Source: Thermodesulfobacteriota bacterium
Lineage (GTDB): Bacteria > Desulfobacterota_D > UBA1144 > Nemesobacterales > UBA2774
Direction: 5' to 3'
Length of the DNA: 64,000 nt
NCBI GenBank assembly: GCA_965216785.1
Contig: OZ244197.1
Coordinates: 672,001-736,000, forward strand
The position numbers and the translations under genes were made by a program. Shown here piece by piece: positions 9,564 through 20,154 of this stretch. Each line of letters begins with the position of its first letter. The first letter of the stretch is position 1. The notes beneath the pieces were generated by a model, which did not search any database, was not told the DNA's origin, and saw only the letters and a list, made by a program, of their open reading frames with translations.

Positions 9564-11681
9564 TTAGGAAGTACCCAATTCTTCGAGAGATATATCTTCA
9601 AAATGAGTGATTTTGTCCTTTCCTTCGTTCTTTGACTCGTATAGCGCACGGTCTGCTTTTTCTATGAGCTCTTCACGCTCCGAGCCGTTATTGGGGTAAG
9701 TCGCTATTCCAATACTTAGAGTTAAAACGAGCTCGTCCCCTTTAAACTTGAGTGGAATTTTCTTAAGATTACTCCTTATCTTTTCAGCGACTATTAGGGA
9801 GCCTCTTTTATCAGTATCCGGGAGGATTACCGAGAATTCATCCCCGCCGTAACGTGCCGAAATATCGACTCTCCTGAGTGTCTGAGATATGACGGTGCCG
9901 ACTGATGAGAGGGCTGAGTCCCCCGCGCGGTGACCGTAGTTGTCGTTAATGGATTTTAAGTCGTCCAGGTCTATGATAAGTAAAGATGCCTGAGAGGAAT
10001 AGCGCTCGGAGTGCGCTAGGGTATAAGTAAGCATCTCTTGAAAATGACGATGGTTATAGAGACCGGTGAGTCCGTCCTTAATGGCAAGCTCTTTCACCAT
10101 AAGGTAATTGAATGTGGCCGAAATAGACTTTGAGGCCTCGCTGCATATGATTTTTGTGAGGCTTATCTCTCCTTCAGTGAACGGAACTTTAGATTTCCTA
10201 CCCAGGATTACGCATCCTATTACATTATCTTCCACATCCGACTGCTCGGAAATATTCTCGAAAAGAGGATAAATGAGAATGGATTTAATATTTTTCATTC
10301 CCAGAGCAAAGTCGACTTCCTTACCGAATATGCTCCTGAATTTTGACCTAGAGCTAAGGTCATCGGAATGAAAATACTTTCCGTTATCGTCAACAAGACC
10401 TATAAGCGTATTGTAATGGGGTATTTCACTCCCTTCTACGTGCTTCTGAGACTCTCCGTTAACGCGCCTGAGGACGCTGCCCTGCTCTTCACTCTCTAAA
10501 ATCGCGAGCCCGAAGAAATCGGCTTCGAACAGTCCCTCCATGGTTTCCATTATGTGATCCATGATCACGTCAGCGTTCTGTGTGGAGTGAAGCTTCTGGG
10601 TAAAATCGTAGTAGGAGTTTAGCTCCTTTGAGCTTAGCTTAACTTTTTCTGAGAGCTGGAAGCGGTCTATAATCTCCACAATTCTCTCTGAGATAAGAGA
10701 AACAATAAGCTTTTCTTTCTCATTGAACGCTTTGGGATCGAGACTGTCTACAACTAGCAGGCCAAAGATTTCCTGATCCTCTTGGGTCAGGTTTTTTTCG
10801 GGCTTCATGAAAAGAGGCGTGGCGAGAAGGGATTTTATTGCTACGTCCCTTGTGTAGTAGATCAGGTTCTTTCTTATATTTTTTACGTTCGTTATATGAG
10901 CCTGGGTCTTGGTCTTAAGGACCCAGCCCATGTAACCCCCTCTGAAGTTCAGGCACTGCCCCTTATCTATGTAGTCTTCTGTTTTAGAGACTGCGTCTGA
11001 AAGGAGAAACATCCCGTCGTCCATCCTAATATAGAGAACGACGCTGTGATTAGGGACAAGCTCTCCCAAAATCTTCATCGAGTCCATGATTTCACTCTTA
11101 AGCTGCTTTACATTTACCGCTTCGTTCTGCTCGTCTTTGTAAGTGTCCACGCTTATCAAACCGGAAAGGGGCGAGGAGCTAACAGCATCTCGGTTAATGA
11201 AAAATGAGCTGAGACCTCCTTTTCCCCCTTTAACTAAAAGCCCCAATAACCCTGTAGAAAGAATGAGAAAAAGTATCTCGTACGGGAGCTGCGAAGAGGG
11301 GTTACGTGTAATCTGTAGTATGGAAATAATAACAAGCGAGAGACCCCCGCCTATCCATCCGACGTAGAGCGTAACAGCGGGAAGAATGATATAAGCTAGA
11401 GGGAATAGACCATTTCCTAAAATTTCAAGAAATACCTCGAACAGTATAGTAACGAGGAGCGTGAGCTCTAGCTTTTGAGATAAAGAGCCCTGTCGTAAAC
11501 CGCTTTTTATGTATGAGTAAGCTTTGTAAGAGATTGCGGACACTAAAAGTAAGAACACTAATATAGAAAAAACATTAAGACTTGCGAATCCGCCTCTATA
11601 TATAAGCACTAAAGTGAGAACCGATAGAAGTAAGGTAAACACTTTACCAGAAACGCCGCCGGGGAGTTTCATGTTAGTCAT
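9564..11681 (-). CDS. Membrane-bound diguanylate cyclase (TM helices + 2 GAF-like + GGDEF)
   Basis: Hydrophobic N-terminus, DGLTGLYNHR, RRVD I-site five residues before GGDEF, ADRALY. Confidence 0.9.
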   Translation of the reverse strand: MTNMKLPGGVSGKVFTLLLSVLTLVLIYRGGFASLNVFSILVFLLLVSAISYKAYSYIKSGLRQGSLSQKLELTLLVTILFEVFLEILGNGLFPLAYIILPAVTLYVGWIGGGLSLVIISILQITRNPSSQLPYEILFLILSTGLLGLLVKGGKGGLSSFFINRDAVSSSPLSGLISVDTYKDEQNEAVNVKQLKSEIMDSMKILGELVPNHSVVLYIRMDDGMFLLSDAVSKTEDYIDKGQCLNFRGGYMGWVLKTKTQAHITNVKNIRKNLIYYTRDVAIKSLLATPLFMKPEKNLTQEDQEIFGLLVVDSLDPKAFNEKEKLIVSLISERIVEIIDRFQLSEKVKLSSKELNSYYDFTQKLHSTQNADVIMDHIMETMEGLFEADFFGLAILESEEQGSVLRRVNGESQKHVEGSEIPHYNTLIGLVDDNGKYFHSDDLSSRSKFRSIFGKEVDFALGMKNIKSILIYPLFENISEQSDVEDNVIGCVILGRKSKVPFTEGEISLTKIICSEASKSISATFNYLMVKELAIKDGLTGLYNHRHFQEMLTYTLAHSERYSSQASLLIIDLDDLKSINDNYGHRAGDSALSSVGTVISQTLRRVDISARYGGDEFSVILPDTDKRGSLIVAEKIRSNLKKIPLKFKGDELVLTLSIGIATYPNNGSEREELIEKADRALYESKNEGKDKITHFEDISLEELGTS

Positions 11682-11943
11682 CAAATCTATAGACTTTTTC
11701 ACCTTTTTTTATCATCCCTAACTCTTCTCTGATAATTTTTTCTACATACTGTTTGTCTTCTTCAATGAAACTTATTTTCCTTCTGAGCTCTTCATTCTCA
11801 ATTACCAGCTCTTTTGTTTCCATTTTAATTTTTTCGTTCTCTGTATGCAGCGCGTACACATGGGAAATCTCCCTTGCGAATACATAGACCAGAAGCGAAA
11901 CAACGCCCATGATAAGAAGGGCTCTTATAATTATTCTTTCCAT
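11674..11943 (-). CDS. ftsB: Septum formation initiator FtsB/DivIC family
   Basis: Single TM helix, coiled coil, VEKIIREELGMIKKGE motif. Confidence 0.85.
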   Translation of the reverse strand: MERIIIRALLIMGVVSLLVYVFAREISHVYALHTENEKIKMETKELVIENEELRRKISFIEEDKQYVEKIIREELGMIKKGEKVYRFDD

Positions 11944-11944
11944 T

Positions 11945-12589
11945 TTATAATATTAAAAGATCTCCTGCAATAAAGGGGTTTGACCTTCTCTCTATACCTA
12001 TTGTCGTTGAAGGACCGTGCCCCGGGTGTACGGCGTAAGAATCCGGCAGAGCCATGAGCTTTGCTTTGATAGAGCCGACAAGTTCTCTCATGGACGTGCC
12101 GCCTGTAAGGTCTACTCTGCCCACGCTGCCCGCAAACAGAGTGTCGCCCGAGATAACCTGATCGTCAATTACAAGACAGATGCTCCCCCAGGTATGTCCT
12201 GGAGTATGTAGAACTTTTGCTTTGAGTGAGCCGATTTCAATTTCATCACCCTCTTCGATATAACCGTCTATCTTGGGCACCTTCACATCGCCGAACTGAG
12301 GGAAGCGCTGAGCCGATTCGGGCAGTGCCTTAAGCACCGGCTCTTCTTCGGGGTGAAGATAAAACTTCACACCTAGAGCCTCTTTAGCCTGCTGCACGCC
12401 AGCTACATGATCTATGTGAGTATGGGTGTTGACTATCTTTGTAATGTTTACTCCGGACTCTTGAATCTCTTGTAGAACCTCTTCAATCTGCTCACCGGGA
12501 TCGATTAAAATCGCCTCGTTAGTATCTTCGTCTCCGAGGATATAGCAGTTGGTGAGGAATACTCCTCCCGGTATACACTTAATGATCAT
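11945..12589 (-). CDS. MBL-fold metallo-hydrolase (glyoxalase II-like)
   Basis: THTHIDH, HTPGHT, SGDTLF, PGHG. Confidence 0.9.
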   Translation of the reverse strand: MIIKCIPGGVFLTNCYILGDEDTNEAILIDPGEQIEEVLQEIQESGVNITKIVNTHTHIDHVAGVQQAKEALGVKFYLHPEEEPVLKALPESAQRFPQFGDVKVPKIDGYIEEGDEIEIGSLKAKVLHTPGHTWGSICLVIDDQVISGDTLFAGSVGRVDLTGGTSMRELVGSIKAKLMALPDSYAVHPGHGPSTTIGIERRSNPFIAGDLLIL

Positions 12590-12604
12590 AATTTTTAAAC
12601 TCCC

Positions 12605-12886
12605 TCATATATATTCAATCCTGAAATCTTGAGACTCACCCTCAGGCGGTTCCCAGTTTATGCTTACATGTTTAACGACAGCCTGTGCGGGACCAATGCG
12701 GCACCACTCGATTATGCTGTCTATTCGATCTCCTTCGCCCTCAGCCATTATTTCAACGGAACCGTCGGAGTTATTTCTTACCCATCCACTTAATTCCAAC
12801 TCTTGGGCTTTTTGCTGGGCCGAAGCTCTGAAAAAAACTCCCTGAACTCTGCCGTGAATTAAAAGATGTACTCTCTTATTTTCCAT
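12605..12886 (-). CDS. acyP: Acylphosphatase
   Basis: GRVQGVFFR, GWVRNNSDGSVE. Confidence 0.93.
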   Translation of the reverse strand: MENKRVHLLIHGRVQGVFFRASAQQKAQELELSGWVRNNSDGSVEIMAEGEGDRIDSIIEWCRIGPAQAVVKHVSINWEPPEGESQDFRIEYI

Positions 12887-12972
12887 ATCTCTCGCAGAGA
12901 TTAACAAAACCAGAAATTAGTGTCAAAAAACACAAGCTCTGTAAAATAATTTATGACCGATCTTTAAGGACT

Positions 12973-13012
12973 TAGGCGTATACATTAAAGAATAGCTTTA
13001 ATGTATACCCTA
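12973..13012. promoter_or_regulatory. Perfect 13-bp inverted repeat in the acyP/thrC divergent intergenic region
   Basis: gtatacattaaag (12978-12990), aatag, ctttaatgtatac (12996-13008). Confidence 0.55.
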
Positions 13013-13106
13013 CATTATTTTTTCTAAATATACCAGGGGTAGATATAATTATTTTAATGTAACTCCCGATAATAGATAAAAACGACAAAGGCCCGATTGT
13101 ATATGT

Positions 13107-13135
13107 TTGACAGTCAAAATACGAAGGTGTATTTT
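13107..13135 (+). promoter_or_regulatory. Sigma-70 promoter of thrC (likely leaderless)
   Basis: TTGACA (13107-13112), 17 bp, TATTTT (13130-13135), ATG at 13144, no SD. Confidence 0.55.
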
Positions 13136-13143
13136 CTTTAGCT

Positions 13144-14481
13144 ATGAATGAGTATAAATCCTGGTTTAGCTGTATAGACGATGAGTGCGGAGAGACTTAT
13201 CCTCTTGATGAAATAATTTATCGCTGCAAAAAGTGCGGAAACCTCTTGGAAGTAAGACATGACACCAACGCATTAAAAGAAAAATCCGCGCAGGAATGGA
13301 AAGATATATTCGATGGCCGCTACCGAAGGCAGCTATGGCCCCACGGCAGCTCTGTATGGGGTAAGAAGGAATGGGTTTGCCCGTTTGTTGAAGACGACAA
13401 TATAGTTTCTATGTATGAAGGGGCTACGAACCTTTTCTGGGCTGAGAGATTCGGGAAGCAGATCGGGATGGAAGATATATGGATTAAAATGTGCGGAAAC
13501 AGTCATACCGGATCGTTTAAGGACCTGGGCATGACTGTGCTGGTATCGGTTGTGAAGCAAATGATGGCACAAGGTAAAAACGTACCGGCGGTGGCTTGCG
13601 CGTCTACCGGAGACACATCCGCCGCGCTTGCGGCCTACTGTGCCTCGGCGGACATTCCGGCAATTGTGTTTCTGCCCAAAGATAAAGTATCGATCGCGCA
13701 ATTGGTACAGCCCATTTCAAACGGGGCGCTTGTACTTTCACTGGATACGGATTTTGACGGCTGCATGGAAATGGTGCAGAAAGTGTGCACTGAAAATAAT
13801 ATTTATCTCGCAAATTCGATTAACTCGCTCAGGATAGAAGGCCAGAAGACGATAAGCATTGAGCTGTGCCAACAGTTTGATTGGGAGGTACCCGACTGGA
13901 TTATAATACCTGGCGGGAATCTGGGAAATATCTCGGCTCTCGGAAAAGGGTTCCTCATCATGAAAGATCTCGGGCTCATCGATAAGCTCCCGAGGCTGGT
14001 ATGCGCGCAGGCCGAGCACGCAAACCCCTTATATCTGAGCTACCTGAATAACTTTGAGGATTTCCACCCGGTAAAAGCAAAGAAAACCCTGGCAAACGCG
14101 ATACAGATAGGTAACCCCGTGAGTGTAAATAAAGCGATAAACATACTAAAGCAGTTTGACGGCATCGTGGAGCAGGCAAGCGAGGACGAGCTTGCGAATG
14201 CCGCGGCTCTGGTAGACAAGACAGGGACATTTAATTGCCCTCATACTGGAGTAGCGCTTGGAGCCTTTTTAAAACTTAAGGAAAAGGGCGTGTTCGATCC
14301 CAATGACAGGGTCGTAATCATATCCACCGCGCACGGGCTTAAGTTTGTCGAGTTTAAGATCGGCTACCATAAAAAAGAGCTTGAAGACGTCTACTCAAAA
14401 TACGCCAATACCCCGCTTGAGCTTCCTGCGGATTACGACACTGTAAGGGACGCTATCTTTAATAGAATATCTTCAAATTGA
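13144..14481 (+). CDS. thrC: Threonine synthase
   Basis: N-terminal Cys motif, [12 protein letters not shown] lysine, [17 protein letters not shown]. Confidence 0.92.
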   Translation: MNEYKSWFSCIDDECGETYPLDEIIYRCKKCGNLLEVRHDTNALKEKSAQEWKDIFDGRYRRQLWPHGSSVWGKKEWVCPFVEDDNIVSMYEGATNLFWAERFGKQIGMEDIWIKMCGNSHTGSFKDLGMTVLVSVVKQMMAQGKNVPAVACASTGDTSAALAAYCASADIPAIVFLPKDKVSIAQLVQPISNGALVLSLDTDFDGCMEMVQKVCTENNIYLANSINSLRIEGQKTISIELCQQFDWEVPDWIIIPGGNLGNISALGKGFLIMKDLGLIDKLPRLVCAQAEHANPLYLSYLNNFEDFHPVKAKKTLANAIQIGNPVSVNKAINILKQFDGIVEQASEDELANAAALVDKTGTFNCPHTGVALGAFLKLKEKGVFDPNDRVVIISTAHGLKFVEFKIGYHKKELEDVYSKYANTPLELPADYDTVRDAIFNRISSN

Positions 14482-14525
14482 GCGCCTAGCGTAAGAGCCC
14501 GCAAAATAATTTTGGTGAATAAGCC

Positions 14526-15161
14526 ATGAAAAAGAGCCTAAGAGGTCTATACGCAATTACGGATAAAAAGTTAATTGCCAGAGAGAGTTTTTTAGAAGCG
14601 GTAGAGAAAGCGCTCGCAGGCGGAGCAAGCATAATACAGCTTAGAGAAAAGGAAACTGATAAAGAAGAGCTAATAAAACTCGGAAAAGATCTTCTTAGTA
14701 TTACAAAGAGTTACGGAGCGCCGCTTATTATTAACGACAGTCCGGAGATTGCACTGGAGATCGGGGCCCAAGGCGTTCACCTGGGTGAGTACGACTGCAC
14801 TATAGAATACGCAAGAAGCGTTCTTGGAGAAGAAGCAGTAATCGGCGTCTCTTGCTACGGGCTGATTGAGAGGGGACTTAACGCACAGCGCGAAGGGGCG
14901 GATTACGTGGCTTTCGGTACGCCTTATTTTACTCCTACTAAACCGGACAGGGCGCCTACATCTGTAGATGTGTTAAAGGAGGCCGCTGTGAAAATTAAGA
15001 GAATCCCGATATTCGCAATCGGCGGGATTACAGCGGATAACGCCCGGACTATTATGGAAACCGGCGTAGACGGAATTGCGGTTATAACATCCATATTCGG
15101 CTCTGATGACCCGGAGCAGGCAGCAAGAGAGCTTAGCACAGCGGCTCGCGCACGCAAGTGA
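14526..15161 (+). CDS. thiE: Thiamine-phosphate synthase
   Basis: LYAITD, IQLREK, IINDS, GVHLG, TPTKP, AIGGI. Confidence 0.93.
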   Translation: MKKSLRGLYAITDKKLIARESFLEAVEKALAGGASIIQLREKETDKEELIKLGKDLLSITKSYGAPLIINDSPEIALEIGAQGVHLGEYDCTIEYARSVLGEEAVIGVSCYGLIERGLNAQREGADYVAFGTPYFTPTKPDRAPTSVDVLKEAAVKIKRIPIFAIGGITADNARTIMETGVDGIAVITSIFGSDDPEQAARELSTAARARK

Positions 15162-15169
15162 TATATAGA

Positions 15170-16258
15170 TTAGTAAGCGTCAGAGAAATCTTTCCCCTTT
15201 CTTTTAGCACCTACCCTTTCAGCTAGCGCATGAGTGACAAGAGGTAAAGCAATCGTTGCGTCGCAGTAGCACTGTACAAGGCTGCCCCGCGGGTCTTCTT
15301 TCCCCCATGACACCGCTTCATCAAACGTGCACCCTGAGAGCCCTCCCCACTGAGGCGAGTCGGTAGTTATTTGAATAGCATACTTGTGGGGATAATATGT
15401 CTCCTGATCGCCCGTGCCCTTTCTGTTTAACCCTGGGTCTCTGTTGGGCACAATCCTGTTCTCGTACATAAGATCGCCCGTAACCGCAAAGAGCTGAATA
15501 AAATCTTTCGGCACTCCGCCCCCAATATAAATGACACCCGTATCTACTACATTTTCGCCTAAAGTCATAAATTCCGTATAGTCTTTTATGGCGTCTATTG
15601 TGAGACTGAATCCTTTACTCTTGGCAATGAGCGCGGCGTCGCCGTAAGGGCTGTCGGCAATCGCCGGGCAGAAAATCGGGACTCCGTGCTCTGAGGCTTT
15701 GGCGACTATGCTGTCGATACCTTTAGCTCTCAGCCACTTTCCACACTCAAACAGAAATTCTCTTGAGGAATAATTGTAGTCTTCTTTTAACGTCATAATG
15801 AATTGTGCAAGGAGCTCAGTCATCTCTAGATAATCAGTTTCCTTGCCATATACGTCGTAGTACCTATTGAGCCCTTCCTTAAATAGGAGCTCATTGTCCT
15901 CAGTAGGCGAGCCCTGCCAGTAGTCAAAACCCATGGCGTCGATAATGTCTTCAGAGATGTTAGCTCCGGTCGGAACGAGTATGTCGATATAGCGGTTCTC
16001 AATGAGCCAGTTGATTATCTTCCACTGCCCTGTCGTGGAGAGTGAGCCTGTATACCCGAGAAGGATTGTCGCGTCCTCATCTTTTACCATCTTCTCGAGT
16101 ACGTCCACTACACGAGCCAGGCTCTTTCCCTGAAAGCCCGTTTGCGCCATTTCGGAAAGGAGCTCCGATACCGTTTTAGGGGCAGCAACTTCAATTGCCT
16201 TTACTTTATCCCCAAGTAAATTCCCGTATCCGGCTCCATCGTTTTTCTCATTAGCCAT
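15170..16258 (-). CDS. Deoxyhypusine synthase-like protein (probable homospermidine synthase type)
   Basis: TGANISED, PAIADS, GGGVPKDF, ITTDSPQWGGLSG, EAVSWGK catalytic Lys, DATIALP. GGAGG SD before ATG 16258. Confidence 0.88.
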   Translation of the reverse strand: MANEKNDGAGYGNLLGDKVKAIEVAAPKTVSELLSEMAQTGFQGKSLARVVDVLEKMVKDEDATILLGYTGSLSTTGQWKIINWLIENRYIDILVPTGANISEDIIDAMGFDYWQGSPTEDNELLFKEGLNRYYDVYGKETDYLEMTELLAQFIMTLKEDYNYSSREFLFECGKWLRAKGIDSIVAKASEHGVPIFCPAIADSPYGDAALIAKSKGFSLTIDAIKDYTEFMTLGENVVDTGVIYIGGGVPKDFIQLFAVTGDLMYENRIVPNRDPGLNRKGTGDQETYYPHKYAIQITTDSPQWGGLSGCTFDEAVSWGKEDPRGSLVQCYCDATIALPLVTHALAERVGAKRKGKDFSDAY

Positions 16259-16379
16259 GTGATTTACTACCTCCGTTAAATGCATATCTTGATCACAACA
16301 GATATCAAGAAGCGTTTGAAGATACCTGAGAGGATGCAAATTTCAAAAAAGACAGGGATTTTGTTTCCGGAGCCTGGGA

Positions 16380-18866
16380 TCAGACGACAATATTCACCAG
16401 TTTTTTGGGAACGACTATGACTTTTCTGGGCTCTTTTCCGGACAGGTGTTTAATCACTTTCTCGTCAGAAAACGCAGCCTCTTTCATCTGCTCCTGATCT
16501 GAGTCGGGGTCCATGGCGATCTGGCTCCTTACCTTGCCGTTTACCTGCACGACAACGTTTATGGAGGCGCTTGAGATAAGCTCCTTGTTCCAAGGGAGCC
16601 AAGGTTTTTCCACAAGCGATTCAGCGTAGCCAAGGTTTTCCCAGAGCTCCTCTGCGACATGCGGAGCCATAGGGTAAAGGAGTCTTGCCATGGCTTCTAT
16701 GGATTCCTTAAGCACTAAAGCGTCATCATCTACTTCAGGCTTGAAGCGGGATGTGTCGTTCAGAAGTTCCATGACGGCTGCGATGGCGGTATTGAACTGG
16801 AACCTTTCAAGATCGTCCGTGACCTTCTTTATGGTTTTATGCACTTTGGTGAGAAGCTCTTTGGCGCTCCCCGATAGCTTGTCTACTTTGTAGGATTCAT
16901 CTTTAAGACCTTCAATTTTAGGCATGGTCTCATGAATGAGTCTCCAGAGGCGGTTAAGAAATCTGAATGCTCCCTCCACCCCCTCCTCACTCCAGTCAAG
17001 ATCCTTTTGCACGGGCGCTGCAAAAAGCATAAACAGCCTCACTGTGTCCGCGCCGTAAATCTTTATCATATCGTCAGGGTCCACTACATTGCCGAGGGAC
17101 TTTGACATTTTCGCTCCGTCTTTAATTACCATTCCCTGGGTTAGGAGATTCGTGAAGGGCTCGTCCAAATCGCACAAATCGAGGTCTCTTAGGGATTTCG
17201 TGAAGAACCTGGCGTAAAGCAGATGCAGGATCGCGTGCTCGATGCCCCCGATGTACTGATCCACAGGGAGCCAGTATGAAACATCGCTCTTGGAGAATAT
17301 AGCTTTTTCGTCATGGGGTGAGGCGTAGCGGAGGAAATACCATGAGGACTCTACAAAGGTGTCCATGGTATCGGTCTCGCGTCTTGCCTGCTCCCCGCAC
17401 TCAGGGCAGCTGACGTTTACGAAACTTTCTACTTTTGAAAGAGGAGACCCACCTTTGCCCGTGAATTCAATATCGAGCGGAAGCTCTACAGGGAGGTCTT
17501 CGTCGGGGACCGGAACCGGTCCGCAGGAGCCGCAGTAAATGATAGGGATCGGTGTGCCCCAGTAGCGCTGACGGGAAATTCCCCAGTCACGGAGCCTGAA
17601 ATTTATCTGTTTTCTACCGATTCCATTATCCTCGGAGTATTCGATGACCTTTTCTTTGCCCTCTGTGGATTGGAGTCCTGTAAACTCGCCCGAGTTGACC
17701 ATGACCCCAGGCTCTTCATAGGCCTCTGTCATATCATCTGCGCTCAGGTCCTGACCCTCGGGGGATATCACAACCTTTATGGGAAGACCATATTCGGTGG
17801 CGAATTCAAAATCTCTCTGGTCGTGCGCGGGAACACACATAATGATTCCTGTACCGTACTCTACGAGTACGAAGTTTGCTATATATATGGGTATCTCATC
17901 CCCCGTAAAAGGGTTAGTGCAATAAGAGCCCGTGAATATGCCTTCTTTTTTCGCCCCTTCTCCGATCCTCTCTAAATTGCTTTCCATTTTGACCCTGTTT
18001 ATAAAAGAAACCGCTTCTTTTTCCTCCGCTTTTCCTTTTATTAATTCCTCTGCAAGAGGATGCTCCGGGGCTATGCTCATATACGTAACGCCGTAAACAG
18101 TATCCGGGCGGGTGGTAAATATTTTTAGGCTCTTTTCCCCGGCAATCGGGTCAACAAGAGGAAATTCGATTTCGACCCCGGTGCTCTTGCCGATCCAGTT
18201 CTTCTGCATGGAAAGCACTCTTTCGGGCCAGCCCGACTTTAACTTATCGGCCCAATCGAGCAGCTCCTGGGTGTATTCTGTGGTTTTGAAGAACCAGCCG
18301 TTCATTTCCTTGAGCTCGACTTCAGAGCCGCAGCGCCAGCAAAGTCCGTCCTCTACCTGCTCGTTTGCGAGCACGGTTTCACAAGAAGGGCACCAATTGA
18401 CGGTGGTCGATTTCTGATAGGCAAGACCTTTCTTGAGCATATGTGTAAAAACCATCTGCTCCCATTTGTAGTAAGAGGGATCGCACGTCGCAATCTCTCT
18501 TGACCAGTCGTAGCTGAACCCGAGCAGTTTTAACTGCTCTTTCATCTGAGAGATATTCTGATAGGTCCATTTCGCGGGATGCACGCCACGCTCGATCGCC
18601 GCGTTCTCAGCAGGGAGACCAAAGGCGTCCCAGCCTATCGGGTGGATGACGTTAAGACCCTTTGTTCTTTTATAGCGCGCTATTACATCGCCTATCGTGT
18701 AATTGCGTACGTGGCCCATGTGAATACGGCCCGAGGGGTAGGGGAACATCTCGAGTACGTAGAACTTCTCTTTATCCTGATCAACTGAGACTGTGTACAG
18801 ATCCCGCTCGTCCCAGTACTTCCGCCATTTATTTTCAATATCATGCGCGTTATAGCTCTCTTTCAT
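16380..18866 (-). CDS. leuS: Leucine--tRNA ligase
   Basis: [33 protein letters not shown]. Confidence 0.98.
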   Translation of the reverse strand: MKESYNAHDIENKWRKYWDERDLYTVSVDQDKEKFYVLEMFPYPSGRIHMGHVRNYTIGDVIARYKRTKGLNVIHPIGWDAFGLPAENAAIERGVHPAKWTYQNISQMKEQLKLLGFSYDWSREIATCDPSYYKWEQMVFTHMLKKGLAYQKSTTVNWCPSCETVLANEQVEDGLCWRCGSEVELKEMNGWFFKTTEYTQELLDWADKLKSGWPERVLSMQKNWIGKSTGVEIEFPLVDPIAGEKSLKIFTTRPDTVYGVTYMSIAPEHPLAEELIKGKAEEKEAVSFINRVKMESNLERIGEGAKKEGIFTGSYCTNPFTGDEIPIYIANFVLVEYGTGIIMCVPAHDQRDFEFATEYGLPIKVVISPEGQDLSADDMTEAYEEPGVMVNSGEFTGLQSTEGKEKVIEYSEDNGIGRKQINFRLRDWGISRQRYWGTPIPIIYCGSCGPVPVPDEDLPVELPLDIEFTGKGGSPLSKVESFVNVSCPECGEQARRETDTMDTFVESSWYFLRYASPHDEKAIFSKSDVSYWLPVDQYIGGIEHAILHLLYARFFTKSLRDLDLCDLDEPFTNLLTQGMVIKDGAKMSKSLGNVVDPDDMIKIYGADTVRLFMLFAAPVQKDLDWSEEGVEGAFRFLNRLWRLIHETMPKIEGLKDESYKVDKLSGSAKELLTKVHKTIKKVTDDLERFQFNTAIAAVMELLNDTSRFKPEVDDDALVLKESIEAMARLLYPMAPHVAEELWENLGYAESLVEKPWLPWNKELISSASINVVVQVNGKVRSQIAMDPDSDQEQMKEAAFSDEKVIKHLSGKEPRKVIVVPKKLVNIVV

Positions 18867-19003
18867 TGTGCACTCGCCTGCCGTGAAATTTTTATTAGGA
18901 TAGATTTATTTGGAAGAAACTCAAGGAGTACCCAAAGATTTAGTTTATATAGCATAGCGGTTTTGATATTACGCGGTCTTGTATTATATTAGGTGGCATC
19001 GGG

Positions 19004-19801
19004 ATGAGTAATAAAAATAACGAACTTGAAGAGATCGTTTCTGAGCTTGCAACATATCTAAAGTTTCAAAAAGATATGGGAATAAAGAGTGTATTCAGAG
19101 GCATAAATGATATAAGCGAGCCTGTAAAGAATGAAGAGAGGAAACAAAGTAAAAAGCCCGAGCCTGAGAGCCAAATGAGTACGAACGAAGATATAATCAC
19201 AATAGAAGAGCCCTCAACGCTTTTTGACGCCGGAAAAACCATGACCCTTGAGGAAATCCGCGAGGAGATCGGAGACTGTACCAGGTGTCAGCTGCATGAG
19301 GGTAGGACTAACCTGGTATTCGGAGACGGAGACCCAAAGGCAAGGCTGGTTTTTGTGGGAGAGGGTCCCGGGCGTGACGAGGATATGCAGGGAAAACCCT
19401 TTGTCGGTAGATCGGGTCAGCTGCTTACTAAAATCATAGAAGCTATGGGGCTTACCAGGGAACAGGTTTACATATGTAATGTAGTAAAGTGCCGCCCGCC
19501 CAATAACAGAACCCCCGAGCCTGATGAGATGACTACCTGCGAGCAGTTCCTGTTTAAGCAGATCCGCACTATTAAACCTGAAGTAATAGTATGTCTTGGA
19601 GCGACTGCCGCAAAGTCTATACTTAAAACTAAAAACAGCCTCGGGAGCTTGAGAGGGAAATTTCACAGCTACAGCGGAACGAAACTTATGGTAACATACC
19701 ACCCAGCGGCGCTGCTTCGGAATCCTCATTTTAAGAAACCGGCCTGGGAGGATATGCAGGCCGTAATGAGGGAGCTTGGTCTCCCGCTCCCTAAGAAATA
19801 G
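19004..19801 (+). CDS. Uracil-DNA glycosylase family 4 (Fe-S)
   Basis: CTRC, VGEGPG, KCRPPNNR, TYHPAALLR. Confidence 0.93.
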   Translation: MSNKNNELEEIVSELATYLKFQKDMGIKSVFRGINDISEPVKNEERKQSKKPEPESQMSTNEDIITIEEPSTLFDAGKTMTLEEIREEIGDCTRCQLHEGRTNLVFGDGDPKARLVFVGEGPGRDEDMQGKPFVGRSGQLLTKIIEAMGLTREQVYICNVVKCRPPNNRTPEPDEMTTCEQFLFKQIRTIKPEVIVCLGATAAKSILKTKNSLGSLRGKFHSYSGTKLMVTYHPAALLRNPHFKKPAWEDMQAVMRELGLPLPKK

Positions 19802-19808
19802 ACGACCG

Positions 19809-19885
19809 GGGCGATTAGCTCAGTGGATTAGAGCGCAGGCCTCCGAAGCCTGAGGTCGGGGGTTCGAATCCCCCATCGCCCGCCA
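19809..19885 (+). tRNA. tRNA-Arg(CCG)
   Basis: GGGCGAT/ATCGCCC acceptor stem, anticodon arm caggc-ctCCGaa-gcctg, GGTTCGAATCC T-arm, encoded CCA. Confidence 0.96.
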
Positions 19886-20154
19886 TTGTTTTTCTGAAAG
19901 TTTGGAGGGGTTTATGGCAACTATTAAATTACCTTCTGATGGACTTTTAATGTCACTAGAGTCTTAATACGCGTCTAAGTACTGCACCCCATTTGTCAAG
20001 CCCGGTTTAAACTGGAATTATGACCTGCCGTATACATAGTTTCCCGTAAGAAATTTAACCTATGAATCCATTACAGGGAGACAGGTCATTTTGGAGGTAT
20101 TTGTATTTTTTATCGTCATATGATACTAGTTATTCTACTTTATCACATTGGAGG

